A DNA stretch of 64,000 nt from Oikopleura dioica (Eukaryota > Animalia > Chordata): NCBI GenBank assembly GCA_907165135.1, contig OU015569.1:5580001-5644000 (forward strand), in the 5' to 3' direction. The translations under genes were made by a program, and so were the position numbers. The notes under the pieces were generated by a model. It was given only the letters and a program-made list of their open reading frames with translations. It was not told the origin of the DNA and searched no databases. This document shows, in pieces, positions 22,851-34,091 of this stretch. The first letter of the stretch is position 1, and each line of letters starts with the position of its first letter.

Positions 22851-25604
22851 TTACAATCTAGGGACGATAAAGGACTTTGATTCGCCACCGCAGTAGTTAG
22901 CACAAATGACCATTGGTTGACCAGGTCGGCCGAGTCCGAAAGTCAACACTTTATCTTGGCCAAGCTCGTACATCGCCTCAGCCAACTTACTCAGATCTCT
23001 TAAGAGCTCGGTTAGATTCGATAAGATTTTCTATTTCCTACATGAGATCGAAGCAGAAACCGTATCGGGGCACAATGCTGTACTTCACTTCGGAAGGTTT
23101 GACAGAGATTCCGTGCTCCAACGCCTCACCATTGGTGGTCTTGAAAATGACAGATCTGTCTTGGCCGATGGTGATTCTGACTTCCTGCCCTATAAAGGCC
23201 AAGCTGCGGCAGGTTTGACGAAAATCAGCAGTGTTCATTTTGAAGATAAAGCTATACACATTTATTCGTATGCAGGGCTAACTTATTACTGATACCTGTA
23301 TTTTCCTTCTGCAAGAAGGGAGAAAGAGGGAGCAGAGCGACCATTGTTAGGGCTGCCACATAAAAAATCGGCCCAACTCAACCTCTTAGAATTCGATTTT
23401 TCTAACCCTACCACGCTTTAGGGTTAGCCTTGAGGTTTTCAAGAAAAATAAAATTTTTCGAAATTTTAAGGATGTAGCCCCCGAAAAATCGATTTTTTCG
23501 CATTTTTTTCGGTTTTTTTGCCTCCGGAGGCCGAATTTTCAACTTTTTTCAATTTTTATTTTGCGATCATCAAATTCAGGGCATTTAACAACCCCAGTGA
23601 GTGCAGCTATGAAAAACTCAAATTTTTGCATAAGAAAATTTTTTTTTTCAAAAAAATCGAAAATAATGATTTTCTTAAAAAAGCTTTCTAAAGTAATTTA
23701 ACTCTCAAAGTCAAGCCCCTTAAATTTAGAAATCAAGGAACGGGGCTGAGACGGCCCGAAGGGCCGTCAAGCCCTTAAATTTAGAAATCAAGGAACGGGG
23801 CTGAGACGGCCCGAAGGGCCGTCAAGCCCTTAAATTTAGAAATCAAGGAACGGGGCTGAGACGGCCCGAAGGGCCGTCAAGCCCTTAAATTTAGAAATCA
23901 AGGAACGGGGCTGAGACGGCCCGAAGGGCCGTCAAGCCCTTAAATTTAGAAATCAAGGAACGGGGCTGAGACGGCCCGAAGGGCCGTCAAGCCCCTTAAA
24001 TTTAGAAATCAAGGAACGGGGCTGAGACGGCCCGAAGGGCCGTCAAGCCCCTTAAATTTAGAAATCAAGGAACGGGGCTGAGACGGCCCGAAAAATATTG
24101 TTTGACCCAAAAAATAAAGTCAAAATTGTTTAAAAAAGATTTGAAAAAAAATGAAATTTTTCGAAAAAATAAAATTTTCTATCCATTTTTTTTACTGACC
24201 ATGGTTGGTCATACTCGGAGCTGCACTCACTGTTGATGCGTTAGCCCCTGTTCTTTCAAAATCTAGAAAGAAAACAAAAAAAATCAATATCACGTGACTC
24301 CGCTGGCCATTTTGATGATTTTTGGCTATTTTCGCTATTTTTCGGACTTTTGGGCTCATTTTTCTCAAAAAAACTCCATTATCTCTCATTATTTTTCTGC
24401 TTAATATGATTCTACTAATCACGTAGAATATTCCAGGGGGTTTTGGGGGTTTAGGGGGTCCGATTTTTATGTGGCAGCCCTAACCATTGTCGATTATTTC
24501 ATGCTTCATTATTCTTGAGATGCTCTTAAAAAATCAACTATTTTACCATTAATGAAAATAATTAAGGATAATAATAAAAGATTTTTTTCTAAGAATAAGT
24601 AATAATTCTCTGAAGTTGTTTAAAATCTCTTCGGTTCATTGATAAATATGTGTGCTTTCAAAATGCGCAAAAGAGAGGCAGCTGGCTAGAGAGAGAGGCC
24701 AACGGATTTAAAATGTCTTCCAGACGCTTTAGCATCGCGCTGACGGGAAAATAGGAAAGTTTTCGCTTCCAATTCAATTTTCACGAAAATGTATTTGTAA
24801 TAATTAGTTATTATTAATTACCATTTTGAATTGAAATGTTTCAACGAAATCGAAGCCGATAAAACGATTGGTGAGCAGTGTCCAGTGATTTGTAACCTAA
24901 ACTCGTGTGGAAGTCGTCCAAAGTTAAGGAAACTTTTATTTCAGCGCGGAGGGTCTCGATCTGATTTCCCCTTCGGTGTGAATTTCTTTTTTAATTTTTT
25001 GGGCAGAAGGGATGAGTGCTGGCTTTGGAAGAGAAGCAAGGGAAGTTACAGTTTGTGCGCGCCAACGTGGACAACTAACTAGCTGTTTAAACCTGGCTAA
25101 ATGGACCCACTTCCGGCAGGGCTTATGTACAAACCTTATTGGAATTATGGACTGGTCACGTTGTCCGAAAGAATATCGGTAAGAGCTCAGCTCTGAGTCC
25201 TCCCCGGATAACACTAAGACGAATCCATTCTCATGTGAAATTCGACCGTGGAAATGAACTTGTTGCCTCAGCTTTATTCAATATTCTACTCATACTTCCA
25301 TCTTTGTTTTTCATTGACGAAAACCTGCGAATTAAAAAATACAAATTTTGAGGAAAGCCGCAAATCCTTGGAGAATCATTGAAAATTTTCCAATTGGATT
25401 GAAAGGCAAAATTACTACTTATCTTCTGCTTCCGGTGAACAGTATAATATTACTATTGAAGTAAGCACAAATTCGTTTGGGCCAACTACAAGTTCTAGCC
25501 CACAACGTTATTTTTCGCTTGGTTTGATTATAACTCGCCCAAGAAATTAGAGCCATGTTGAATCTTTTCAACTGTATGTCGCCTCTTTTCACTGCACATT
25601 TCAT
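22851..25604 (-). CDS. PCNA-fold sliding clamp, most like the 9-1-1 subunit Rad9; disrupted by a hAT element
   Basis: Probable start MKCAVKRGDIQ (cf. Rad9 MKCLVTGGNVK). EGKYSFIFKMNTADFRQTCRSLAFIGQEVRITIGQDRSVIFK, FCFDLIDLSKLAEA and LTFGLGRPGQPMVI (cf. Rad9 IHFDAPGRPAIF). Confidence 0.6.
23348..24482. mobile_element. Non-autonomous hAT-type DNA transposon, 1135 bp
   Basis: TIR TAGGGCTGCCACATAAAAA(A)TCGG / CCGATTTTTATGTGGCAGCCCTA. 8-bp TSD ACCATTGT at 23340-47 and 24483-90. Confidence 0.93.
23712..24092. repeat. 55/56-bp tandem repeat, about 6.9 copies, each forming a hairpin
   Basis: Units start at 23712, 23768, 23823, 23878, 23933, 23988 and 24044. Each contains GACGGCCC-GAA-GGGCCGTC; units differ only in a C-run. 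Confidence 0.97.
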
Positions 25605-25890
25605 GTCCTTGGCCTCTTACAAAAGATTTATTTTAATGCAATCACCTTATCTTTTTAAGCCATTGAGAACCTTCTCTTCCCCTTATAAATGTTCAACTAC
25701 AACACGTCGCTTTGAAGATTCGTTTCTCTTACGAATTATTTATAAACAAAAAATTCCTCGTTCAATCCAAGATTTCCTTTGAACCGAACCAGCGCTTCAA
25801 CCGCCGACTTTTCAAAAATTTTCTTACTTGATTGCCACTTCGAAAAATCGCAGTCTGAGATTGAAATAGATCTAAAACAGATTGTAAATT

Positions 25891-27918
25891 ATGAAAGCTT
25901 GCGCCACGCTTCTAGGTTTCTGTACATTTTCCGATGCATTCGAATTCGAGAAAGCCGACCGCGAGAAAAGTGAATTGTTCGCAGAGATGGCAAACTTCAA
26001 ATCGTCGATTTCTAATAATGAGGCGGCGCTTGACAAGCTGAGTGTTTTTAAAGAGCTTGTCCAAGGCGCTTGGGACCAGACGATCAACAATTCACGAGAA
26101 CTGGATGCACTTGAACAGAGTATTGATCGAAACTCGGATGCTATTGTGAAAGAAAATGTTCACCGCCAAGCATCAGACAAGATGCTCTTTGAATTATTCC
26201 AATCGGTGCTGGAGATATTGAACGACGACTCCAAGCGCTTTCTGGAGCTTGAAAAATCAGCCGATACTTTGGAGAAGGTCGAAGTTGCCAATGCAAAGGC
26301 AATGGAGACTCGGGTGAATGAAGAGATCTCTGGAACGAGACGCTTACTCGACTCGCACGCTCACAAGCTCAACGAGCACTCCGCCACGCTTGAGACAGTC
26401 TCCAGCCTCGAAAAGAAGCTCCAAGACCTTGAATTCCAGGTGACAGTCGAACTCGCCAAATCTGAGGCTCGACAACGCACGGCATTAGTCGCCGCCAAGA
26501 AAGTCTCAGAGAAATCTGACGAAGATTTTGTCCTAGATTATTCAACACCTATTGACACTATTGAATTAGAAGACAGCTTTGTTACCGAATCGGATATCAA
26601 ATTGATCCAGGACGGTGTTACCGAAGAAATCAATGTTTTCGTAGCGAGATTAGAAGGTTTAGAAAGAAACGTCACCGCGCTTGATGAAAAGTATCTGCAG
26701 CTCCATCAAACTCAGCTTAATATTACAGAAATATCGCAGAATAATACTCTCGAAATTTTGAATCTTCAAAATGCAACAGATATTCTTGACAGGAAAGTAG
26801 ACGATTTGGAACAAATGATTAATAGAACTGTCGTGCGCTTCGCAAATCAGACGATGGAACTTGCCACCCATGTTTCTGACATTTCTAATTTGACTGATGC
26901 TCACGAAACGGAACTATTCGAGCTCAGGTCTGAGCTCATTCACGCGCAAATGGAGATTCAAAACTTAACAGATACGATTTTTTGGCTCCAAACAGAAAAT
27001 GAAATCGGCGAAGAAAAGGATGATGTAATCAAGCAGCTTCAAGAGACTGTCATCGAACTTCAATATGGCCTCATTCCAGCGCCAAAACAAGGGGAGATTC
27101 TCATCACCGGAGGTCTCCAAGACTTTGGTGCCGACTGGTCTAGCATGTTGCTCAGCGTTCACCACAGAGCCCAGAGAGAGTTCACACAAATGCCTCTTGG
27201 GCGAAGCTCGCATTGTTTGGTTAGACTTGATGATGACATTTTTGCTCTTGGTGGAGCATTCGACTCTGCTTCACGTCTCTCTCGAAGCTTTGAATGGAAA
27301 GAAATTGATCCAATGTTGGAAAGTAGGGATGATGGCCCTGGATGCGCAACGTATCATAGCAGAGTCTGGGTTTGTGGTGGTCACGATGGGCAGACCTTTC
27401 TTAGTAGCTGTGAGTCGTATCATCCTTCTGACGGATGGCGATTCGAAGAGAGTCTTCTTGTTCCTGTTGCAAGAACAACTGCCGTCGTGAATTCCGAAGG
27501 GCTTTTCATCATAGGTGGCGCAAACGATTCTGGCGATGTACCGTTCGTTCAATGGTTCGACGAATCCCTCAGCATGTGGCGTCTGAAGCAGGATATGCCG
27601 CTAAAAGTTGCCGAAGGAAAAGCCGTCGAAGTTTTCGATGAAATATACTTAGTCGGCGGTTCGGGAGGCAACGAGCATAATATTCTGTACATGAATACGA
27701 CTTCCGAAGAATGGATGCTTGCTGGAGAAATGAACAAAGATCGAGTTGGGGCATCCGTCGTTGCCAAAGAGCATGAAATTATTATAATCGGTGGGGAAAT
27801 TTGCTTCGACAATTGTGGCAATGTCATAGAAGTCTTCGACACGTTCAATTTAGAAGTAAGGAAGGAGAAAATCCGAAACCTTCCAAACATCAGTTATGGC
27901 GCGGCTCTGCTTATTTAA
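25891..27918 (+). CDS. Intronless secreted coiled-coil + kelch-repeat protein
   Basis: 675-aa ORF with a hydrophobic N-terminus, long heptad region, and kelch repeats (IFALGG, VWVCGGHDG, LFIIGG, IYLVGG, IIIIGG). Confidence 0.88.
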   Translation: MKACATLLGFCTFSDAFEFEKADREKSELFAEMANFKSSISNNEAALDKLSVFKELVQGAWDQTINNSRELDALEQSIDRNSDAIVKENVHRQASDKMLFELFQSVLEILNDDSKRFLELEKSADTLEKVEVANAKAMETRVNEEISGTRRLLDSHAHKLNEHSATLETVSSLEKKLQDLEFQVTVELAKSEARQRTALVAAKKVSEKSDEDFVLDYSTPIDTIELEDSFVTESDIKLIQDGVTEEINVFVARLEGLERNVTALDEKYLQLHQTQLNITEISQNNTLEILNLQNATDILDRKVDDLEQMINRTVVRFANQTMELATHVSDISNLTDAHETELFELRSELIHAQMEIQNLTDTIFWLQTENEIGEEKDDVIKQLQETVIELQYGLIPAPKQGEILITGGLQDFGADWSSMLLSVHHRAQREFTQMPLGRSSHCLVRLDDDIFALGGAFDSASRLSRSFEWKEIDPMLESRDDGPGCATYHSRVWVCGGHDGQTFLSSCESYHPSDGWRFEESLLVPVARTTAVVNSEGLFIIGGANDSGDVPFVQWFDESLSMWRLKQDMPLKVAEGKAVEVFDEIYLVGGSGGNEHNILYMNTTSEEWMLAGEMNKDRVGASVVAKEHEIIIIGGEICFDNCGNVIEVFDTFNLEVRKEKIRNLPNISYGAALLI

Positions 27919-28042
27919 CTTCTGAGTCCAATAAAATGTATATTCGAAAGAATTTGTTCAAAGTGTTAGGTGCGTTTATTAGTCACAATGAAAGAAAAGT
28001 TGCTGTACAGGGGTTGAACTTAGGAATGCTAGACTGACGTAT

Positions 28043-29634
28043 CTAGAGGAGTGACTTCGGGCGAACTAGTTTTCTTTTGAATAATTTCTCCCCACGCAGG
28101 GCCAAGGGATGGAACCCAACCAGGACGCGGAGTCCGCACTTGATGAGCAACTGCGGTGGATACTAAATATCTCGGTTAAATTTTTAAAGCATTGTTCTAC
28201 TATCAGTTTGATCACTTGTGAATTTTACCTGAATATACCGAGGAAGAGTTAGTCTGAATGTCAGCCTGGACTTGTGCTTCCTTGAAATTAAAAGAGACGG
28301 GAGATTCGGCAGAAATGCCGCTATCTCTTTGCTGAGTGGTAAACGCCGGATTCTACGAAATTTCTTCGTGAAAATTAATTAAAAATAGAAACTTACCTCG
28401 TGAGAAATTTGATTATACTCACAGCAGGACTGTTTGCTTGCGCTAGAAAGGACAGAAGGATAAACATCGACGCTAGAAGGAGCTGGAACCATTGAATCTC
28501 TTGGTTTGTAAGTCCCTTGATTGTCGCGTTTTTGACGACAACGAAGGCACATCAGCCAAATAATCAAAACCAGAGCAAGAATCGTGAGGAAAGTTATACT
28601 GATGAGTATCAGATACAGAGCCCAATCGTCGAGGCGATATTGACACTGCGCTCCGAAAAACCAAGTGCTGTCGTTGTCTAATTTAAGGACTGGGAAACTG
28701 ATTAGGACGTGAACCTCGATTCTTATTTGAGTATTCTGGTACTATTTTAGTAGCTGACTTGGTTTGAAATCATGATGCATCATTGATTGACTAGCTGGAA
28801 TAATATTTCCCAGCCCTTCTCTGCGCAAAAACAACGTGGCGCGACGTTAATACTCTCATGCGTACAAATAGCATCGTTTTTGCAGTAATCGGCTACACAA
28901 ATCGACTCGCAGTAAGCTATTGCTATCAGCTGGCCTTCGGGCTCCGTGCACGTCTGATACCGCGGACAATCAATGCTCGGGCAAACGCTGTCGCCAACAA
29001 TCTGCGGCTCTAGGGGCTGATTGCCCAGTACGCTTGGGAGGATGAATTCGGAAACAAGAGAGTTCCTTGTAAATTCCCGTTCCATGGCGGTAAGATCCCT
29101 CAATTTCGCCAAATTGGCGATCGATGCCGATCGAGCTGAATTTCTTTTGATGCCTTCTAAAAGAAAAACAAAGGTGGCACGCTTACCTGGGACAGAGAAA
29201 AAGACCGTTACAGGTGTGGTTTCGTCAATAGATGCGGAGAACGACGAGTTTCCTCCATCGGGACCCTCCTTCAATTCGTGTTAATCATTTAAAACTCCTT
29301 TCGGGAAACTACTTACCACTTTAGTTAGGGCTGGAACGATTCCAATCGTTGAATAAACACTTGAATAGTAGCTTGCGAAGAATTCTAAAGAAAGAATATA
29401 AAAAATACTCTGAAAACCGAAAGCTCAACTCTCAAAGTCGGAGATGCGCACATTGCGGACATTTGTACGGGCCCGGAAGTTGACAGTGATTTCGTAGCTC
29501 TTGAGCAAGTTCTGAGGAATTCTCGCTTGAACCGGCTCGAAGTTGATGTCGTCATTATTCTCTGAGTTTTGCGCGTGAACAACGGAGTACTGGAAGAACG
29601 TGTGCACCCATAAGATTAATCGGATTTTGCTCAT
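28043..29634 (-). CDS. Type I membrane protein with possible SEA-like region, EGF domain and TM helix
   Basis: Signal peptide, CVADYCKNDAICT...PRCFC...WFFGAQC (EGF), TM ALYLILISITFLTILALVLIIWLMCL followed by RCRQKR. Confidence 0.72.
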
Positions 29635-31212
29635 TTGAATTGGCGTCTGAACGGCATCGAGAGGCCTCCACGATTCACTCGAGCGCGTTTTGAAACTCCT
29701 TCACTCTGAAAACAGCAAAAGGCTATTTGAGACTCTCAAAAAAGTTAAGCAGCGAATGTGTGCCTGAGAATTTTTACTCATTATCAATACGCGTCTTCCT
29801 GCAAAAGTTTCTCTTAAAAAACATATTTGTAAAAGTATATCTTCACACCTGCTAGGCGGACCAAATCTATCGATTTTTCAAAGGATCATCCACCGACGGA
29901 AATTCCTTTAAACATCGATTTCTAGTTGATGTAAATATAACGACAAAATAGAAGACGTGCCAGTCATTTGGGATATAATGGACATAAAGTAAAATAAGTA
30001 TAAATAAAACGCTCCATAGGTTCGTTTTCATATTTTGAATCACAGGCTGTGATACCAGAATCATATAAAAAGCTAGTGAGGGAATTAAGAAGCTCAAAAG
30101 ACTTGTCAAAACATGAGACACGTTTTTTTGGACTCTACCTTACAATGGATTCTTACGCGCGTTATTTTTTCTTGTGAAAGCACGGCTCTCTTTCTATTTT
30201 CATGCGAGGAAATCTCTGTCCATTTTTGTAAATTGTAATTAAGAAGCTTTGGTCAAACTTGACATATAGTGGGTAGTCGATGTCGTCTATGAAATGAATT
30301 TTTAACAAGACTGGTGCTCTCAGGGGACGATTAGTGGCTCATTTCGTTTTCTCTTTGGTGCGATTGAGCTATCCTCTTTCATTTCTCAATTTCGTGAAAT
30401 TGTCTTAGTCCGAGCTGATTACCCCTAAATTAGAAAGATAGGAAGTCAGTGCCCCTCGGGGGACACTTTTTAGCTGATACAAGGGTTCAAAACAGCAACT
30501 AATTTCAGAGCAAAAGAATTTATAATGAGAGCGATGCACCATAATTTATTCATGTCCATGTTCAAAGGAACAGCGTCTTGTAATACATGCCTACCCATTT
30601 TTAAAGCGCATACTTCAAACATTTTATTCGGCTCCCTTCCCAGGCGCATAACCGAACCTCGCATGCATTTTCCCTGATGAAGATAGATGAACTTTTCTTA
30701 TTGTTCTCTTTTCAATTATTAACGCTGCTTTTCGATGAGATACCTGGAAAAATAGATGTGTATATAAACAGTATATTAGTTGCTGGCAGTATTTGCGTTC
30801 TCAAGATGACTCTTCGTTAAATTCATCTAAGGTGATTTGGAATTGGGGCACCCTGCTTCGTCTCTTTTGTCAATTCTCATTCTCTTTTGTCCTAAAGCAT
30901 CTCACTCACTGAGAAGTGTCCGTGACTGATCCAAAGCGCGATTTCAAGAATTCATTATTATAGTGTTATTTATATCCTCATCCGAAAAGTCGTTAGAACA
31001 ATCCTTATCACATAGATTATCAGATCAACTCATGCTAAAGCTAAAGATAAATATCCTCGATATAATATCGGGCTAAAAGTTTTACTTTTATTGAAAGTCA
31101 TTCCGATGGAAGTTCAAGTTTTAACGGAAACTGATTTATATCACAGAAACAAATCTCTCATTCCCGCCCTTTTTTGCAAAAAATCTCCGAGAAAGCACCA
31201 TTGCATTTTCTC

Positions 31213-32300
31213 AAAATTGATGACGCCGATCGAGTTTGGAGAGAAAAACGCTCAGAAACCGACGAGAAGAGTCAAACCAATGGGTTTTGAGGAGCCGGTT
31301 CCTATGAAAGTCCAAACGAAAAATATGGACGGGACTGAAGAGCGAAAGTTGAAACCGGCAGTTCGAAAACCTACTGATGGCAACAAGGAGGATATTCCGG
31401 AAGATCAAAAGCTCTCTTATCCTCGCGTGAAACGTAAGTTTTTATCTACCACCTGCTCCTTATAAATTGCTTCATGTAGACACTGACTTCTTTTGGTCGC
31501 CCGTTAGATTCAAAAAGCGGATGCCACATAATCATGGAACGTTGATAAACGAAGATTTCACTTCCAGATTTCGCAAAGGAGACGTTTTTCCAAACTTCAA
31601 GGTGATAAACATGCGTCTTGTTCTCGTTTTATCTTAACTTTAGATAGAAGTAAACATCTCCAGCGAAAAGAACTGGTTAGATCAACCAGATCGCTATTTC
31701 GAAGCAAACGATATTGAGGCTTTTGAAGGCTTGGTTTCTATACTTGAAGTCTTCTTAGAGAATCTCAAACAATTTCTCTTTATGACGAACTTCATTCAAT
31801 GTTACTTCAAGTTACTTCAATACTAAACATGATTTCATTTTGAAACCAGCAATAGACTCCTTGAGCCATCTTCGCGAGTCAATTGAAGAAGCTTACGACT
31901 CTCATGCCCCAAGCCTATCGAAAGCTGAGCGATGCATCAACGAAAACTTAGGCCTTTACGATGACAACAGCTTGTTCGAAGAGCCTTCCGTTCCACTGGA
32001 CCCACCGGACCCAAATCAAGGATTCCTAGAGTGGGTGCGTAAATCACTCTGTATGTTCTTTTTACTGTCATTTAGCTGGAAGCCAGAGGAATACCCTACC
32101 TCAAACCAGAATACAACGATGAGGACTCCTCCGTTGATGAAGATTCATCTGAATGTGAAAATGCCTACTATGACTTCGATGGCCAACGTCACTGGGACCA
32201 AGAGAAAACCTTCGTACCGGAAGACACAGACGATTCCTACAATCCCTACGACTGGTAGATTAACCTGCCCATCCATCTGCAATTAGTCCGCTTTAATTTA
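31213..32300 (+). CDS. Hypothetical low-complexity protein (boundaries approximate)
   Basis: Charged ORF segments separated by short GT-AG introns; no family recognised. Confidence 0.3.
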
Positions 32301-32785
32301 TTTTGAAATTGCTATTTCCGATTACATTTTGCCAAAAATTAAACACAACAATAAAAGTAAAAAGGGGAATGTGTGAGTTTATTTTTGAACTATTGGAATG
32401 AACAGTGATTGGTTTTTTACGACAGTGATAGTTTATCCGCATCCGCGGACACGGTTTTGAACTTTGAGATTGTTCCTCAATCGGAGGAGACAATCGAAAA
32501 AAAAGTGACGCAGGTAGAAAGTGAAACTGCTCAAGGGGGTGATCCTTTTTGAACTTTGAGATTGTTTTCCATAGAGGAAAGACAACTCCCTTGAGCAGCG
32601 AAATGCTATTTTGAACTTTGAGATTGTTCTTCAGACAATCTCAAGTGAGTTTAACGGGAATCGGTGAAAGTGAATTGTTTGGAGGTTGTTTACCTCCAGT
32701 TAAAAAGCACATGGATTTGGGGAGGAGGGGGGATCCATGGCCGTGAAAAGGGGCGGGGGAGAGGACGACAGGAAGAAAAATTGGG

Positions 32786-33196
32786 TCAGGGTGGCCGGAA
32801 GTGTTTCGACTGCGCGGGAGCCACATTTTCGGACTCTTCTTCGGCGATCGACTGGACACCCATTTCCCAGAGACGCATTTGCGCCTCCTCGCGAATCTTC
32901 ATATACTTTTCTTCTTCCTCAATTTTCTTGTCGCATTGAAGCCGCTTTTGCTCGTACATCTCAATCGATTTGGCACGCTCCTCGATTTCTTTTCTAAATT
33001 TGGCTAAAACTTTGCTCGCGAGAAAAGATGAGTACTTACAGTAGAGCGCGGTTTGCCTGGCTTTGTTGGAAGAACTCGCGGTTGAGTTGCTGGACGTTTC
33101 TGTCGCACTTGGAAAACTGCTGCAGCACTGTTTTTCGCGCATTCAACAGCACTTTGCACGAGTCCAGTAATCCGTCCAGACGTCCCTCGAGTTCCT
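32786..33196 (-). CDS. Coiled-coil protein, 3' exons only
   Basis: ELEGRLDGLLDSCKVLLNARK...ANRALL joined by an intron to FRKEIEERAKSIEMYEQKRLQCDKK. 5' exons not resolved. Confidence 0.45.
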
Positions 33197-33737
33197 AAAA
33201 AAACCGTTGAAAGATTGACTTGGAAAGATAAAAAATGAGAATTTTAAATGTCGATCTCGATCGTATCAAGAAAAAAAACCGCCTAATGTCTTGTTTTCAA
33301 GCAAAAAAGCAATAGATAAACAAAGATACGGAGGTTCACAGAAAGCATCCGATGAATGCCTTAATTACGAAATCATGAAAGGCAATAAATGCATTACAAA
33401 GATGAAGAATTCGTTCTTCATCCGAAAAAGCGTCTCATTCACTGGAAAATACATTAATTTGATGCTAGTTAGGAATTAATAGTTTAAGGGAGATGACATT
33501 ACGATAACTAAGAATAGTATAATTATTAAAAACAAACCTTTATTTTCTTTTCACAGTCTGCGTTTTTATCTGCTGCTCTGTTAGCCTCTCTGTGCATCCA
33601 ATCGAGGACGTTTTGCTCCATTTTGGCGAGTCTTTTTTATTTTTCGCAAAAATATTTGGTTTTTTTTTCTAGAATGCGGTGGTTTTGATTTTTTCAATTT
33701 TTTGAATGCGTCCGCGGCGCAAACAGTTCAAGTCGAG

Positions 33738-33773
33738 ATTGGCCGCGCTCGCGCTCTCCGCCCACCTCATTGG
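33738..33773 (-). promoter_or_regulatory. Tandem ATTGG (CCAAT) boxes, 31-bp spacing, between divergent genes
   Basis: ATTGGC at 33738 and 33769 in a GC-rich island upstream of ATP synthase gamma. Confidence 0.45.
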
Positions 33774-34091
33774 CTCTGGCTCGAGTTCGCCGACTTACTT
33801 CACGAAACAAGAAAGAAACTAACTACTATCTCGCCAGAGAATCAAATCCCATTATCAAGAGCATCAGAAACCGTCTTTCCCGCCAATATTTCGTTTTTCA
33901 GTAACTATTTATTTTTTGTATTTTTTTTTTCACTTAGAAAGTTGCCATTCTCTAGTTTCTACCTTTCAAATGAATTACATTGAAGATGAATAATTGTAAC
34001 TATTTGGATAATCTCGAAAGGCGAAAATTTATTTTCACATATTATTCTTTTTCTTCTAAATTGTTTTGCTCATTTCTATTCCTGTGGCGAA

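Noticed and set aside
23740-23775. Hammerhead ribozyme in the 55-bp unit (CTGA-GA-stem)
   Set aside because: The core lacks the CUGANGA spacing, and stem II is followed by TCAA rather than GAAA.
23712-24092. CRISPR array
   Set aside because: The units are identical with no unique spacers, the context is eukaryotic, and no cas genes are present.
24437-24458. Telomeric repeat or G-quadruplex
   Set aside because: Only isolated TTAGGG-like words within the hAT subterminal region; not an array.
29867-30664. Small hydrophobic ORFs (29867-30121, 30470-30664)
   Set aside because: AT-rich sequence with no family motif; cannot be distinguished from chance ORFs.
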